A stretch of 64,000 nucleotides of DNA, taken from Kudoa neothunni (Eukaryota > Animalia > Cnidaria). A program made the translations under genes and the position numbers. Below, piece after piece: positions 13,173-26,856 of this stretch. Numbering within the stretch: position 1 is the first letter of the stretch; the number at the start of each line of letters is the position of its first letter. The notes beneath the pieces are model-generated. The model saw only the letters and a program-made list of their open reading frames with translations, did no database searches and was not told the DNA's origin. The stretch is from positions 3,712,275 through 3,776,274 of the forward strand of contig OZ199838.1 of assembly GCA_964304625.1 (NCBI GenBank), in the 5' to 3' direction.

Positions 13173-14634
13173 CAGAGGTGGTCAAAAATTAATTTTTATA
13201 CTAAAAATCAATTATTACAATTAGCTGCGATCAATTGTAATTATTAGAAAATTATTAGCGATAATCCAACATCACTGAAGTTCATCTATATATTTCAGAA
13301 TAAAAATTTTCCATTAGTTATTTCGTCTCAAATAAAAGTAACAAGAAATCTTTCATATTTTAAAACATTATTATCAAGTTTAAGCTAGAAAAGTTAACTA
13401 AGGGGTATAATGTCAGAGTAATTATATTTGAAATCTCTTGGGGGGGAGGGGTTCAATATTTAATTGATAAAACTTATCTTTATTGGAAGCATCTAAAATT
13501 TGAACCACGTTATGCAGCGCATATTTGGGACATTTATTGAAACCACATAATCCAATGTAAATTGAAATAAAACTAAACAAATGGCTTTTCTTCCGTTCGT
13601 TTTATTTTTAATTTTTACGTAAATAATAAAAAATGCCAAGATAAACAATAAACTGTGGCATACAAGATATAACATAAACTAAATACAATAACAGAACGAT
13701 AAATAGAGAAAAACCAACTATAAATTGTAAATTTGATGAAACAACATTCTAAACAATTTTATTGATCCATAATTCTTTTATTGGATTTCAGAAATATTTG
13801 CGTTTTGAGATTTATGGAGGAATAATTTTGGCGATGGTCGTCAAAGGTATAATCATCTAACCAGATTAGAGGATGATGGAATAAATCTTGTGCTTATATA
13901 GTGAGGAATTTTGATTTTTTTATTTCAATTTTCATTTTCTTGTGACATTAAGGGAAAAAATAATTGGCTTCAATATGAGTCAGTTTCTTCTATTAAAATT
14001 TACTCGGACAATTTTTGATTGAACACAGCATGTTTCCCTTCAGAAATTAATTCATCAATTCTATCCTCATGAATTTTGAAAGATCCGTTTTCAGAACTCT
14101 TCGAATGTATAATATTTGTATTCTTACGCAGAAGTTCGTACAATATTGGATATGCTTTAATAACTTAATCGAAAAAGTAATTTGCATACGCTATAATAAT
14201 AATAATAATAATACTCGATTTCTGTAGGGCCAAAGTTATTGAATAGAACTTTTTTAAATCACTTTGCAACTCAGAAATTTCTAAATTTTCTATTGATGCT
14301 AATAGATGATTCATCATACTCTTTAATTGATAAAAAGCAAGTTCAGCTAGATAATAACACTTTATCTTTTCGTAGCTGCCAACAATTTCAACTCAACTGA
14401 AACATCTGGTATCATTTTTCGCAGTACAAGTCTTATAATAAGTGAATTTCTTCAATAGAACAGAAAAGTTTCGATTCAAATTATATCTTATTAGAAATTT
14501 TGTTGGGAAAAGTCATATTTGCAATTAATTACAGTTAATTGCGTCCTCTGAAATCAATTATTTAAATTATAAAGTTGATTACAATAAATTAATTGCAATT
14601 AATTTTTTTCTCAATTAATTTTTGACCACCCCTG
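13173..14634 (-). mobile_element. Internally deleted hAT-like element
   Basis: TIRs CAGAGGTGGTCAAAAATTAATT / AATTAATTTTTGACCACCCCTG; approximate 8-bp TSD GATACAGG/GATACACG. Minus-strand remnant NTNIIHSKSSENGSFKIHEDRIDEL resembles the element at 61457 (NAKIIHSPTF). Confidence 0.75.
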
Positions 14635-15265
14635 GATACACGTCCGTAATTTTGTTTAATATTAGCAAACGATTATTTCTCAACAGTCGGCAAATTTTTA
14701 GACAAGTTGACCTCGATAAACTATCAGCGATTGTACCAATCTTTGATAAAAATTATTAATAAAATTTATATTACATCCCTATAAAATTTCTAAATGACAT
14801 GCCTAACTTAGCCTTGTTTTATTTTTGAAAAAATCATATATCCTTTATAACTTTGTTTATCAACGATGTTGAAATGAACAAAAGAAGCTAATTATCATGA
14901 TCGATGTTATTCGGAAGAATATGAAGACATTGATGATTCTTTTAAGTTCGAATCTAGAACTTTAACAAAAAAAGTTTACTCAAAGAGTAACGTAAATAAG
15001 CTGGTAAAGAACTTTATATGGAGTAAATCTTCATATATTTTCCTCCGATAAAAATTATTGATATAAAGAAACTATTGTACTTTTTTTAAACTTTAGAAGA
15101 CACATAATTTACTGATAACTCCTTACTTTTTTATCGAATTATATAAAATTTATTTATTCTCCTAACTTGTTATAAGGTATATTTTACTCAACTTTTATCA
15201 AAAAATAAAAAAAATTTTATCTCCCAAATACCTACACCTTGGGGTGAATTAGACTTCAGATTTTT

Positions 15266-16510
15266 TTTATCAATTTATCGAGAAAATCTAAATATTGAAA
15301 CGACAAAATATTTAAAAAATCTATCGGCTATATCTTGAGTAAAACAGTGGTAAATGTAGCAGATAATCCCATTTAATCTGGTACGTGTTGTTTCAGAGAA
15401 ACCTCGTACCCCTCGCGTAAATAACTTAATTCCGAGATTCACGCCATTATAATAAAAAAAACAACAATTAGTTTTTTCAATAATGAAAACATTTAAACGT
15501 TTTTAAAAAAACGTAAATTTTTATTATACATTATTTTTAACAGTTACAACATCTACTCGCCGAATAATGGGCTTGATAATAAAAGCCAGGACAATTTGCA
15601 CAACGTGCTGAGGGTTTTTTATCATTTCCTCACGGACGAAAATTACAACGAGATCTTCTCTCCTTTGTTAATTGTAATGATGTATGGTATCGAAAGTGGA
15701 AATTTTATTTTAATGATTCTTTTGTCATCCTTATGTTTTTCTAGAATAACTGTGGTTGATAAAGAGCATCGGCCGATTCTTTCAAGAAAATGCGCCGTGG
15801 TTTATTGTTACAATTAAAAATGTTTTTGTATAATACAAACGCATTCACCAATGATAAATCAAACATGCTAAAGAAAACAATCATTGGCCATCTTCTATTG
15901 GAATCTCTTTACAGTGACAGATTTCAACATTCTATCAACCCTAATCGACACCATCTTTCGCATTATTATAGCAAAAGATAACCTTCAGGTTTTATTATAA
16001 TATCGTTCGTTATATTCATATTTGACGTTCCAAACAGTTCAATTCCATTTTTTCCGATAGTTCGATTTCCAGTAACATCGACTGCTAAGGATTCTCCGAA
16101 ATTTCAGAAGAATAGGATACAAAGTCGAAAAAATTCACTTCCTGACACTAGTAAATCATCATTATATATCTCAGTTGCGCTCAGTGACATTTTCCAAAAT
16201 ATAAACCGCGTGTGCGTATATAATAATATTCAAAAACACGTTTCTTGAAGATGTAATATAATTTAACCGTAATATCAAAATTTTTAATTTAAAATGAGTA
16301 ATTGAATTTTATCCATTATTGCACAAAAAATAAAACATTCACAGTGATATTTAGTTTACGATGACGCGCGAGGCAAGGCCGAAATGAAGCGTAAAAGATT
16401 AAATAGGATTATCTGTTAAATTTTCCACTGTTTTATCCAAAATATAACCGATAGATTTTTTAACTATTTTGTCGTTTAACTATTTAGATTTTTTTCGATA
16501 AATTAATAAA
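15266..16510. repeat. ~111-bp imperfect inverted repeat (15266-15376 / 16399-16510) enclosing a piggyBac relic
   Basis: Arms align in reverse complement (e.g. AAACGACAAAATATTTAAAAAATCTATCGG vs CCGATAGATTTTTTAACTATTTTGTCGTTT). Each arm ends in TTAA at the inner boundary. Confidence 0.85.
15377..16398 (-). mobile_element. Deleted piggyBac relic
   Basis: TTAA on both sides; weak terminal similarity TCT..TACG. Minus-strand fragments KPRRIFLKESADALYQP and KDDKKPSARCANCPGFYYQAHYSASRCCNC match a piggyBac C-terminus and Cys-rich domain. Confidence 0.65.
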
Positions 16511-17829
16511 TGTAATATTCAGAATAATAGATATAGTTTCAACGTGTATCATCATCTCGGAATTAAAAAAATACGATCGACATTTACTTCTCATAAGATT
16601 TCAAAATCTGACATCCTTTAATCTAAAAAATGGTTCTAAAAACTCTTTTAAAATCATTTATAAATAGGAAAAAAAATTCTAAACGACATTAACAATACTT
16701 TATTTAATCATTCAATCATAATCAACAAACTTAACGATCAGTTCTATAAACTCCGCGTTATTATTAACCAAACTAATTCTCAATGGAATATAATGTAAAA
16801 CATGCCTTAATTCTTAATTTATACCAAAGTTTTCATATAATTTTCTATTAAATTTTTATTTCGATCGATAAACAGCTGATGAAATGTAAAATGCTTTTAC
16901 AATTTTCAGTTCTACTAATAATTGGAATCAATTTTAAATATTCTTTTTTAAGTTATTTCAAATTATATATTGATAAAATGAAAAAAAAACTATTAATAAT
17001 TATTGGTCACAACATTTTACCGCTTCGGGGGCTTTTCGTTGAAAGTCGTAACTCAAATATATTTGAATTTGTTATCATCTTATGGATAAACTTTTGTTTT
17101 TTTCATGGACCTAATCCTAATTATTTGATATTCCTCAAAATAAGAATTGTATATTTTCGTGATCACGTTGATTAATTTATTATTGGCTCAAAATAATCTT
17201 TTACAACATAGGCCATTGAAAACTACTAATCTAGTATGCTTCAATATTCATTTTAAATTTCATTAAAATGTCATCGCAATAAAATTTTGTATCATATAAC
17301 CAAGTGAACGATGTATTCACGTGTCAAACTCATTATTTCTTCTCAAAAGTGCTCCATAGAAACACAAATAGACAACTGACAACTCAAATATTTCGCTCGA
17401 GCCATTGAATAATTAGAATAAAAATATTCTGTGGTCTAAATCGATATACACCGAATTTGATTGACAAATACGATCCTTGCTTAATAGTTATTAAATAAGG
17501 TTAATTTTGATCAAAATATTATTTTCATACGTCAAAGTATTTTTTTAGCAAAAAAAAATTGATGATTTCCAGAAAATCATTTATTTATAAAATATTATTA
17601 CGAGATTGTGGCAAATTACTGAATTCAAGATGAAATACAAAAATTATTCAAAATCAATTTATCATGTCTCAAAACAAAAAAATAAGAAACTAAAACAAGA
17701 ATGACAAATATAAAAACATTATAGAAACGTTATATGCATCAGCTGTGTGCATTACTAGAGTGATTAATTTTAAAATTTAAAATTTTCGTAAACACACGGC
17801 TATATTCGTCCGCTAACATAAACCCGGTG

Positions 17830-18775
17830 ATGTTGTTGAGAACAACCACAAAATGTTTGTCAAGACATGAGATGTCTAGAATGTACGCTGAATCTGATAG
17901 CACACGAAAAGTCAATTGTGTGCGATGGCCCACTCACATCAAACAGAATATTGGTCCGTATGAGGAACCTTTTCCTGGTGTGTACATTAAGACACCTGCT
18001 TTCAAATCTTTTGGCTCCTCAATGTGTTTTTCTAATTCTATTTTACCGGGTAGTGAATGTTTCATCTAAATTACACTGATTCCATACTTATCCGTATAGG
18101 ATATTATAGTCAGGTGCGATTTGCATATACGGATACCATGCCAAAGCTGTACAAAGTCTGCAGCGATGTAGAGAAATATAAAAAAGACAAAGAAGTTCCC
18201 ATGAGTATACAGAAAAATATAGTGGGTTATTCGGCTGCGTTAGTTGCTGGGGGAGGTGTTGTACTGATGGGCAAAGCAATTTTCGATTCGTTGATAGTTA
18301 TGTTAGCTCCCGGTGCACTGTTGCAAGCTGCATCTGTACTTACTGTAATCTATCCGAAACTTGAATTTTTTTTCCATTTGATTAATTGTTTGTTGTCTAG
18401 ATTGATATTTCAAGAATAGAACTTGGAGAACATGCAAAATATCGATATCGTAGCAAAACCATTGTTGTTCAACACCGTACCCCAGAGGCTATTTCCGAGA
18501 TGAAAAAAGTTAAGTTGAAGGATCTTCCTGATCCCGAAACCGATGAACAAAGATTTGTTCGACCTGAGTGGTTGATTATCGAAGCTGTATGCCCTCATCT
18601 AGGTTGTGTACCTAGTGTTGGAGATGGTGACTTCCAAGGATTCTTTTGTCCTTGTCATGGTTCCCACTTTGACAAATCTGGGCGAATTCGAAAAGGTCCC
18701 TCGCCTAAAAATCTAAAGGTGCCACTATATCACTTTGTGGATGATAACACAATTGAGCTTGGTACTCGGGGCTGA
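17830..18775 (+). CDS. UQCRFS1: Cytochrome b-c1 complex Rieske iron-sulfur subunit, mitochondrial precursor (3 exons: 17830-18049, 18100-18344, 18401-18775)
   Basis: Introns 18050-18099 and 18345-18400 join the frames. Long presequence ending VRFAYTD, a TM helix, and Rieske boxes CPHLGC and CPCHGSHFD..GRIRKGPSPKNL. Confidence 0.95.
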
Positions 18776-19020
18776 TAACGATTTTTTGTTTTTAATGTTC
18801 ACAAATTTATCGGATTATCAATGGAGTTTTTAGTTGGTGTTATTGCTGCGTTTTTATTAGTAACATAGCATAATTTAATTGTTAGAATTTATCCGAGTTT
18901 CATTTTAAACTATTCTAGTCGTGTGTTGTATTAATTAGCGATTTTATGTTAATTTAATCCGAGTTTTGATTATCCTGAAAGTTTAAAATATTAAATATGC
19001 TCGTACTTGGCTCATTCTCT

Positions 19021-19200
19021 CAGTGTTGACTACAGAAGGATCTCAATACTGCGTGACTTATTGAGGCAAGGGAACAATTGCTTGATACAGTTGTGCTGGG
19101 ATAATATACAATTTATGGGACCAAAAACTCGGGTGCGTGATAACCCTGCTGCACTACTTAACATCTATACGTAGTCTGCGCGGCAATTTTTTCTTTTTTT
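19021..19200 (+). ncRNA. Candidate structured non-coding RNA (unassigned)
   Basis: GC-enriched island. Closing stem 19021-19033 / 19171-19183 plus four internal hairpins, an Sm-like AATTTATGG, and a T-tract. Confidence 0.35.
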
Positions 19201-19725
19201 ATTCATTCTCTCGTTCCAATAATAATAACGTTAATAGAAAGATCTGAAAAATCGTTGTATTAGTTTTTTATGTTTCACAGGGTATTTTGAAAATAAATAA
19301 GGTAGTTTAAGACAGAATTATTTTTTCAACGAGGAATTTGTTATTTCTCTTGTTTTAAACTATGCTTATTTTATTTTACAAAAGGAAAAATTGAATTATG
19401 TCATGTGATCCAGCATTTCAGTGTCACAGACTTTGAATTATTTCTTTAGCTTTTCTATCTAATTTGTTCATTTTTAGACCAACTCACGAAGCAAACTCAT
19501 GCAACTGTCCTCGACAGATAGTTATAGATGTGTTGTGCTTCGTTTCGTTCTTTATGTCATTGGCTAATTTATTTTCCTATTTATTGTACTCTTTGGACAG
19601 ATTAATATTTCTCGCTCTCGAAAATTCGAAGTGTTTTGCGATAAAAGCTTAAATCACCTAAAATTAGGTCTGATAATATTTTTGATACAATTGTTTTCAG
19701 TGTGGTGAGTGATTTAATGCCTGAG

Positions 19726-20683
19726 CACTTAACGATTCATTTTAGTTTCCGTACCCCCTACCACCTGTGAGGACAACTCCGGGCCCCATCTCAAAAAAGA
19801 GATTTAAAATGAATTTATTTTTAGATGGAGAAATATTTTTATTAAAATTACATTAAAAAGAAAAAAGTCGTCCATTGTAACAAGGAAACAAATGTGAATA
19901 AAATAAATTAAATTGAGAATAAATTAAATTATTTCTTGTCTTTGTTGAGCAATAATTAGGTCATATTGAGGCTTTTTGTCAGATAAAGATATGAATAAGT
20001 TTAAATTTGTAAATGAACTAGATATGTCAAAATTTTTTCGGAAAATATCAGATATATATAGCTGAGATTATGTGAAATTTTGAATTTTGCATATTTTGAA
20101 TTATAAATTTAAAAACTAAATAAGGAAAATAAAGATGACTCAGTCTCAAATGCAAAGTTTTAATTTACATAATTTAGGAGTGTAAATTGACTCTATTTTG
20201 AAATATAAAAATTTAAATTACTCATGCTTGATGCTAATTAAAGTATAATTCTTACAGCCATATAGTTTTCTTAAAAATAATACATAATACCATTTTTCAT
20301 GACTCAATTCATCTTCTCCAGTAAAATGTAAATATTTCGTAATTTTTTTACGTTGTACTTTTCAAGATTCGAACTAAATAATTTATTTACGAATGAACAG
20401 GAAAAAAACTAACTTTTTTTCATTTACTAATAAATTAAAAGTAATAGTTTACAAATATAAATTAATTTTCAGTAAAATTCATCAAATCACTATTCGTTTA
20501 TCAGACTTATTTCAGCTTCGATTGCGCATAAATCCCACATGATATATTTCAGAGGGAGATTCTGATTAATTAAAATCGGTACATTATTTACAAAGTATGC
20601 GTAGCAGTTCAGTTTTTCCGTTGACTCTAGTTGCGAGTCTCAGACCCCCTAGGAGTCCGAGAACCCCCAATCGGGAAGCCCTG
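19726..20683. mobile_element. Probable degenerate hAT (Charlie/Buster-like) non-autonomous element
   Basis: Right end GAACCCCCAATCGGGAAGCCCTG and internal CGTACCCCCT / GACCCCCT subterminal motifs typical of hAT MITEs. Left end and TSD not resolved. Confidence 0.35.
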
Positions 20684-21550
20684 CTTCAGAGCCACGCTTA
20701 ATTCCTAATTTTTCCAATTATTTAATAATCTACACGTTTTCTTCAAGTAAACGATAATTTTTTCCATTTTCTTATTGTGTACTAACCATGAATTGTGCAA
20801 TAAGCATGCACTCCTATTTTTCCAGACGAAAGAATTATTTCTCAATTTTATAACTACATTTATCGATATATTTTACTCTTATCTCACGATTTATATCTAT
20901 AGTTAATTTTTATATTTTGAATTTTTGACATTATTTCTAAAAGCGCGCAATAACCATGCTACGTAATAACTCTGCGATACTGTACTGAATACCTACGCGA
21001 GTGCAATTACATAATTTTATTTTTTTCAATGAAGTCACTTGCTTCACCGTAATCAGCCTATTTTTAATTATTTAAAGAATTTGTCCGTTATTTGACTAAA
21101 ATTAACAAAAAATTGAACTTTTATGTATGAGCGAAAAATTTAGCGATTTTATAAATTTGTTTTAATTCGGAAGGCGAAGCGGTTTGATCAATTGCGTCAA
21201 ATCTCTTATCTCATTACATTCTTATGCTTTGCTTACGTTATTGGAGCAATTTCAATGTATTAATGTTCATTTCGAGGTTCTCGCACTATTATTAATTCAT
21301 CAATTTAGTTATCTAATAAAATAATTGATAAATAATACTTATATTATCATTATACTTCCAAGATATTTTGGATTTGTAAATACAATAGGTTCCAATAGAA
21401 GTGTGAAGGTGTAAATCTATATTTAAATGTTTATTATGTAAAAAAAAAAAATTTAGAAATTTTTCTATAATTTGAATTTTGGCTACTTTTAGCATTTATC
21501 TATTTAACATGTGAATTATAAGGGTTGTAATGCATCAGCCACCAGTACGA

Positions 21551-21620
21551 GGTCGAATAGTGCGGTACGGCACCACCGCCCTTTAATGCAGATAACCCAG
21601 GGTTGGACCTTGTGTCACAA
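21551..21620 (+). other. Possible tRNA-derived relic / SINE head
   Basis: GC-rich ~70 bp with an A-box-like TAGTGCGGTACGG, a D-arm-like GTGC...GCAC and a B-box-like GGTTGGACC at tRNA spacing. Acceptor and anticodon stems do not pair. Confidence 0.25.
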
Positions 21621-22705
21621 TCTAAATTAATTTTTCTGATCCAGATCGTTGTTTTAAAGTAGGCGCTAGCTATTGACACAGAAGTTCTTAATCCAAGGTG
21701 ACAACTATGTTTGCGTAATTCCTATTATTAATTTGGGGAACTCCTATTTATAGTCGATCTATAAAGTTTATTTTTTATAATCCGATGTGTTGTTGTATTT
21801 TGAACCATCAATACCGCTTTTGGTTGCCAAAAATAATTAAATACAACCAAAACTATAGCTACCGACATACTGTGATCCGAATCAATAGCCATTTCCTCTT
21901 AAATACATATGTCAAAATAAAAAAGAATTGAAACTGCTTAAATATATTGACTACGTTATCTGCCCTAAAAATGGTCACAATCCTAATACCAATAGATTGA
22001 ACTAGTCTAACAGATTTGTAAAGAAATATGAGCTAAATATTTTCAAATAAGTTTAAACTCATTTAAAACACCAGGAAGGCCGATCAATGAAGATAAACAA
22101 ATTCTATTTTAAATGGAAAATCTCACTTTTTTAAGGTTTAATTATTCGATAAAAACCTTACGAGTATATTCATTTATTAACCTGTGAAGGAAATTAGATC
22201 CGAAAGATATTTAATTTTATTATTTTTCAAATTATAACTTTGTAACCACACAGGAAAAAATTTTTCTTCATGAATGTGAAAATTATCTAGGGCGTTCTCA
22301 TGTTTATTTTTTTACTTACATCTTTTTTTATTAGATTTTTTGTTGTTTCTTATACAGTAATTTGAAGCATTTATTTACGAAAAGGACATTTTTAAAAATT
22401 TCTCCATCATTCGCATTTACAATTCAAAGTATGTGTAAAATCCTAAATATCCACCGTTAGAAAAAATATTATCTGTACTACCAGCGTTTTTTATGTCACC
22501 CATTGCATTTACGCTAAATTTACTTTTGAATTTAAACAGGAAATTTTTATTTCTAAAAAACTAATTCATCTCGACCAATCGGTGATTCTCCTCCAGCTGC
22601 ACAATCAAAATTGATGTTCAGTTATAAATACACAAATACATAAAGCATATTTGTAGATGAAAGTTATTTTAGTTATAAAATATATAATGTTAGCGTAACT
22701 TCCAA

Positions 22706-23806
22706 TTATACATCATACATCAAGGAAATAGCCGCTAAATAGTACGTTTCGTAATGTTTCTCATAATTCAGACATATGTCTTTAATTTTGTCCATTTTTA
22801 GTACATGATATTTTTCAGATAAGATAGAATTTGGATTGCACATGAGATATTGAATAGCTTGTTCAGTATTACTCTGAGCTTCTTTTAATACCTCAATAAA
22901 TGTTTGCAAGCCGGCATGGCTCTCATCAAATCGATTATAAAAATGACAGTTGAATGCTTCTGCTGAATTTGAAGTAACGCTTATTCCTTCGATAACACGA
23001 TCGAAAACATTCCCATCTTCTATTGAAAATTTGGGAAACTTCACTTTCTTATCTTTGAGAATGAACAAAACTATGGTATACATTGATTCGGTTCTATTTT
23101 CCATTAATACATAAATAAGTGGGAAATCCTTGCCCAATATCCTCTCATGAATAATGTATAATTGTGAGAACTCTCTTGGCACCGCTTTGAGCAGTACGTC
23201 CAATATCCAAACTTCTGTATTATTCGAATGTACAAGGTTGTCGGGAGTAGAAAAAGTGATGACACGTTCAGCATCCTTGGAACCAGAGTCGTATAGCATT
23301 ATATCTTCATTGCTGAATGATTGGATGTTTAAGTCGTATAAATTGGACTCGTAGTTGACATCAATGGAGTTTCTTTTGCCAGAATTTTGAATATTTTTAT
23401 AGATTGAATTCTTTGAAATTATCGTGAAATAATGAAGATTGATAGACTTTGTAGCCATAGAATAAACTTTATTAGTTGGATATTTTGTACTTTCAGTCAA
23501 ATCCTCGATTTTTTGATTAAGAATAATCGTTTGATTTCATTGTCGGATAGAGAGTGATTATGGGTTCCTACTTCTTCAATTTGCAAGATATCATCCAATG
23601 GTGAAGTTCTCGGCCTTCCTTTACATGTTCCGTATTGACATCACCAATATTGATTGTTGCCGTTAGAACAATCTTTCACGTAACAGAATTTATTGAACAC
23701 AATTTTTACCTCAGTTCGTATAATTCTGAATAACAAATAATTGGGTTTATTAGAATTAGATTCACCGGCGTGTAGAGTTTTGTCGCCGGCAAAATATTAC
23801 CATGCC
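22706..23806 (-). pseudogene. Mutator (MULE) transposase relic
   Basis: ORF 22706-23500 has MLYDSG...RVITFST...WILDVLLKAVPREFSQLYIIH...FPLIYVLMENRTESMY and TSNSAEAFN. An upstream FLYWCH-like fragment (CKGR...HNH) is present; the middle of the DDE domain is deleted. Confidence 0.8.
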
Positions 23807-24532
23807 ATATTTTTACTTATGTTTTTTCCTTTTTAATAATTAACCCTTAACACTCGCACTGAGTCGATATTTTTCACCTTTAAATGAGTTTGGAGTCATT
23901 ATTGAACCCAAACTCAGTATGAGTGTGAAAAAATAACTTTGGGATCCATGCCCTACCTTTATATTATTTTGTGTATAAATTGTGATGTTTAAGTTGATAT
24001 ATTTTGTGAACTTTCGACAGAATTTCACCTGCTTCTAAAAAAAGTATTACCTATCGACTGATATAATAAAATTTGTGGAACTAATGGCGAAATTACACAA
24101 AATATATCACAGTGTACTACATAATAATGGGAACATAGACTCGCGAAACCAATGGTTAACTTTTTGGGGTTAAAACCCCAAAGTTAGCTTATATTTTTAT
24201 TCTATTACGAATATTTACCTATAAACTTGTTTCTATTTCCTTTTTATTTTTATAATTTAAATATTTTTCTATTAACAGAAATTTTTGAAAATACGTCAGT
24301 AATTCCTTGAGATAAAACTTGATCCGATAATAAATGCTCAACGCCAAAAGTTTTCTATACTATAGTCACGAGATTAACATTGTAGAAAACGTTAAAACTT
24401 AGTACATTATTTAAATTTTAAAATCGATATATTTGTAAAAATAATATATATCTATTGTATATTCCAATTATTAATTTTTGCAGAGGTTAAAAAGTGAGAA
24501 AAATCGATCATTGACTTTAAAGAGCGCCTTAA

Positions 24533-25594
24533 CCCTTTGAACCACAGTGTTGTCAAATGGCAACATTTTAATTTTATAAATGTTTTACCTATTTAATTAC
24601 ATTTTTTAAATATATTTTTATTTTAATAGTATAGTTAATGTTTATTTGATTTCATAAAAATGAATTATAAACTTGTATATTTTATATCAGGAGCAATACA
24701 GATGAGTATCAAACTCTACGGAAAATATAAAAAAGGCTAAAAGTATCATACAATTGAACTTAGAATTTTGAGGTTTCAGTAAAATTAAAAATGTGCACAT
24801 ATACTATTAAATAAGTTTATTCTAAAAATGAATCTAACAAGAAAATATGTTTTGATATGTATACTATGATAGATTAATCCTTGTTGCCATTCGACATCAT
24901 TGGACCCTCGATTCAAGTGTGTTTATATACTTTGGAACGGATTTTGACTAGATTGGGAAGGAGGGATAAATAGACCATACTTTTAAAAATCATACTATTA
25001 CCAGGTGGATGTAAATCAGACGTTGGACTGGAATCGGATTCCATTTTGTATAGTCAATACGATAGTATTGTATCCGAATACAGTTCTAGTGATGAGGAGA
25101 GAGATGACTACCGTTGAAATTAGAAAATGAATGCGAAAAATTAAATAAACAATGATATTGAAACAAATGATATTTTTAAACAAGTTGAAGATATTATATT
25201 TGAACGTTTCACTTATTTCAACCGATCCTTCAATGATAGATTATTTTAACATATTTGCATTAAGTGTAATGTTCATTTGTGCCTCAATAAAAATAGAAAC
25301 TGCTTGTTGGACTATCGGAATTGTAATAAATAATTAAATATTTTATTTCTGAAGATGGTGGTGGAAGAGTAATTTTTTGGTAAAAAACAAAGTAACATAA
25401 AAACGAGCACATTCGCACTCCCACATATTGAAATTAGCGCCGTCCCAATGTTGCCATTTGGCACCATGTGTGTACCCTTTTAATTTTTGAAATGAGTGCT
25501 TCAATTTTTGGGTATTTTATATAGTTGTTTAAAATTAAACATAATGGGCAACAAAATTTTTTTAGCCGCTGAATTAAATTCGGGGTTTGAAGGG
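24533..25594 (+). mobile_element. piggyBac deletion derivative
   Basis: TTAA|CCCTTTGAACC ... GGTTTGAAGGG|TTAA; repeated TGTTGCCATT(T/C)G(G/A)CA subterminal motif; acidic N-terminal remnant (SEYSSSDEERDD). Confidence 0.7.
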
Positions 25595-26856
25595 TTAATA
25601 TACCTTCCACAACCACTCTCGATGGTATATGAAAAGAAAACTTAAAGTTGCCAAAATTCTTGAAAAGGTGCAATTACGTAGCATGTCTCATTAACTTGTT
25701 TAACGTGGTTAAAGCTATAAAATATTTCTAGAAATAATTGATACATCAAAATCACTTTTTTGCAGAAAAATATACTTGAAATTATTGCAACAAATTTTTC
25801 TCAAATGAAAATAATTATTTATTTTTATTATTAATAATTTTAATAATCTTTGGCCTAAATATAAGCTATATGAATGTATTAAATAGTTATGTATATTATG
25901 AAAGAGCTTGTAAAAACCTAAAACCAGGCGTGCTAAAGTTTACACACTTATATTCACCTCTCTGTGGAAATGCATAACATCGTTCATCTACAGAAATATT
26001 TAGAATCAAGTATGTTTTTCTAGATTCTCTTTTGAGTTAAGAATGTTAATAAAAATAAAATAATTCAATTAAATAATGCAACTTGGAGCCATGTATTATC
26101 GAGACTCTTACTTTCCCCATAAATCTAGGTGTATTTGAATACAACACCAAATTAGATGTAATATTCATTATAGTAAATAAAAAAATATGTTCATAAAAAA
26201 TAAGTTTATTTTATCAATTAAATTAGAGGATAGAATTTCTAAACCAATTTTAAATATTTATTGCCATTAATTGCGTGGAATGTCCCATGATAATTATTTT
26301 CTAACTTAAATTTATAAAAAATATGAAAAGGGTCTTAAAAATTGTTGTTATAGAGAAAATCACTTTTACTCTAGAGTTAGAAATAATTGTATGTAATCTT
26401 CTAATGAATTTAGGGTAATTTGTTACCCTGAAATTCATCGTAATGTAGTCGATTTTTGATCAATAGAGGGTTAAGCCCCCAAGTTTAATAAAAAGTAAAA
26501 GTATTCTGAAAAATATATTTATTTTAAACATTTTTTCGCAGAATTAGGGAATCAAATACAAATTTTAGGAGATTAATTTAAATTAATGATTTCACTTTGT
26601 AAAATCGCCATTTTACACAAAAGTACTGAAAATTTTATAAAAATATTTTTAAAAAAATACAAAGCGTTAGCATTATTTATTGTATAGCATCATTCTTGTT
26701 TACCTAACATAGACATAGTAAGCGTTGATTCTTACTAAAACAATTCACAAAAAAAATTATTTTTAACACTTCTAGAACCAAATAATACAATCATTAATTC
26801 ACAGGAACAGTCATACATTTAGTAATCATCAAAATCTACAGTTGAAGTTAGGCTAA

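Noticed and set aside
18975-19030. RNase MRP CR-V-like GGCTCATTCTC
   Set aside because: No GAAAGTCCCC-type CR-I at a plausible distance, and the upstream sequence is unstructured AT-rich DNA.
19014-19033. Iron-responsive element (CAGTGT) downstream of an Fe-S protein gene
   Set aside because: The flanks TCTCT and TGACT do not form the required 5-bp upper stem.
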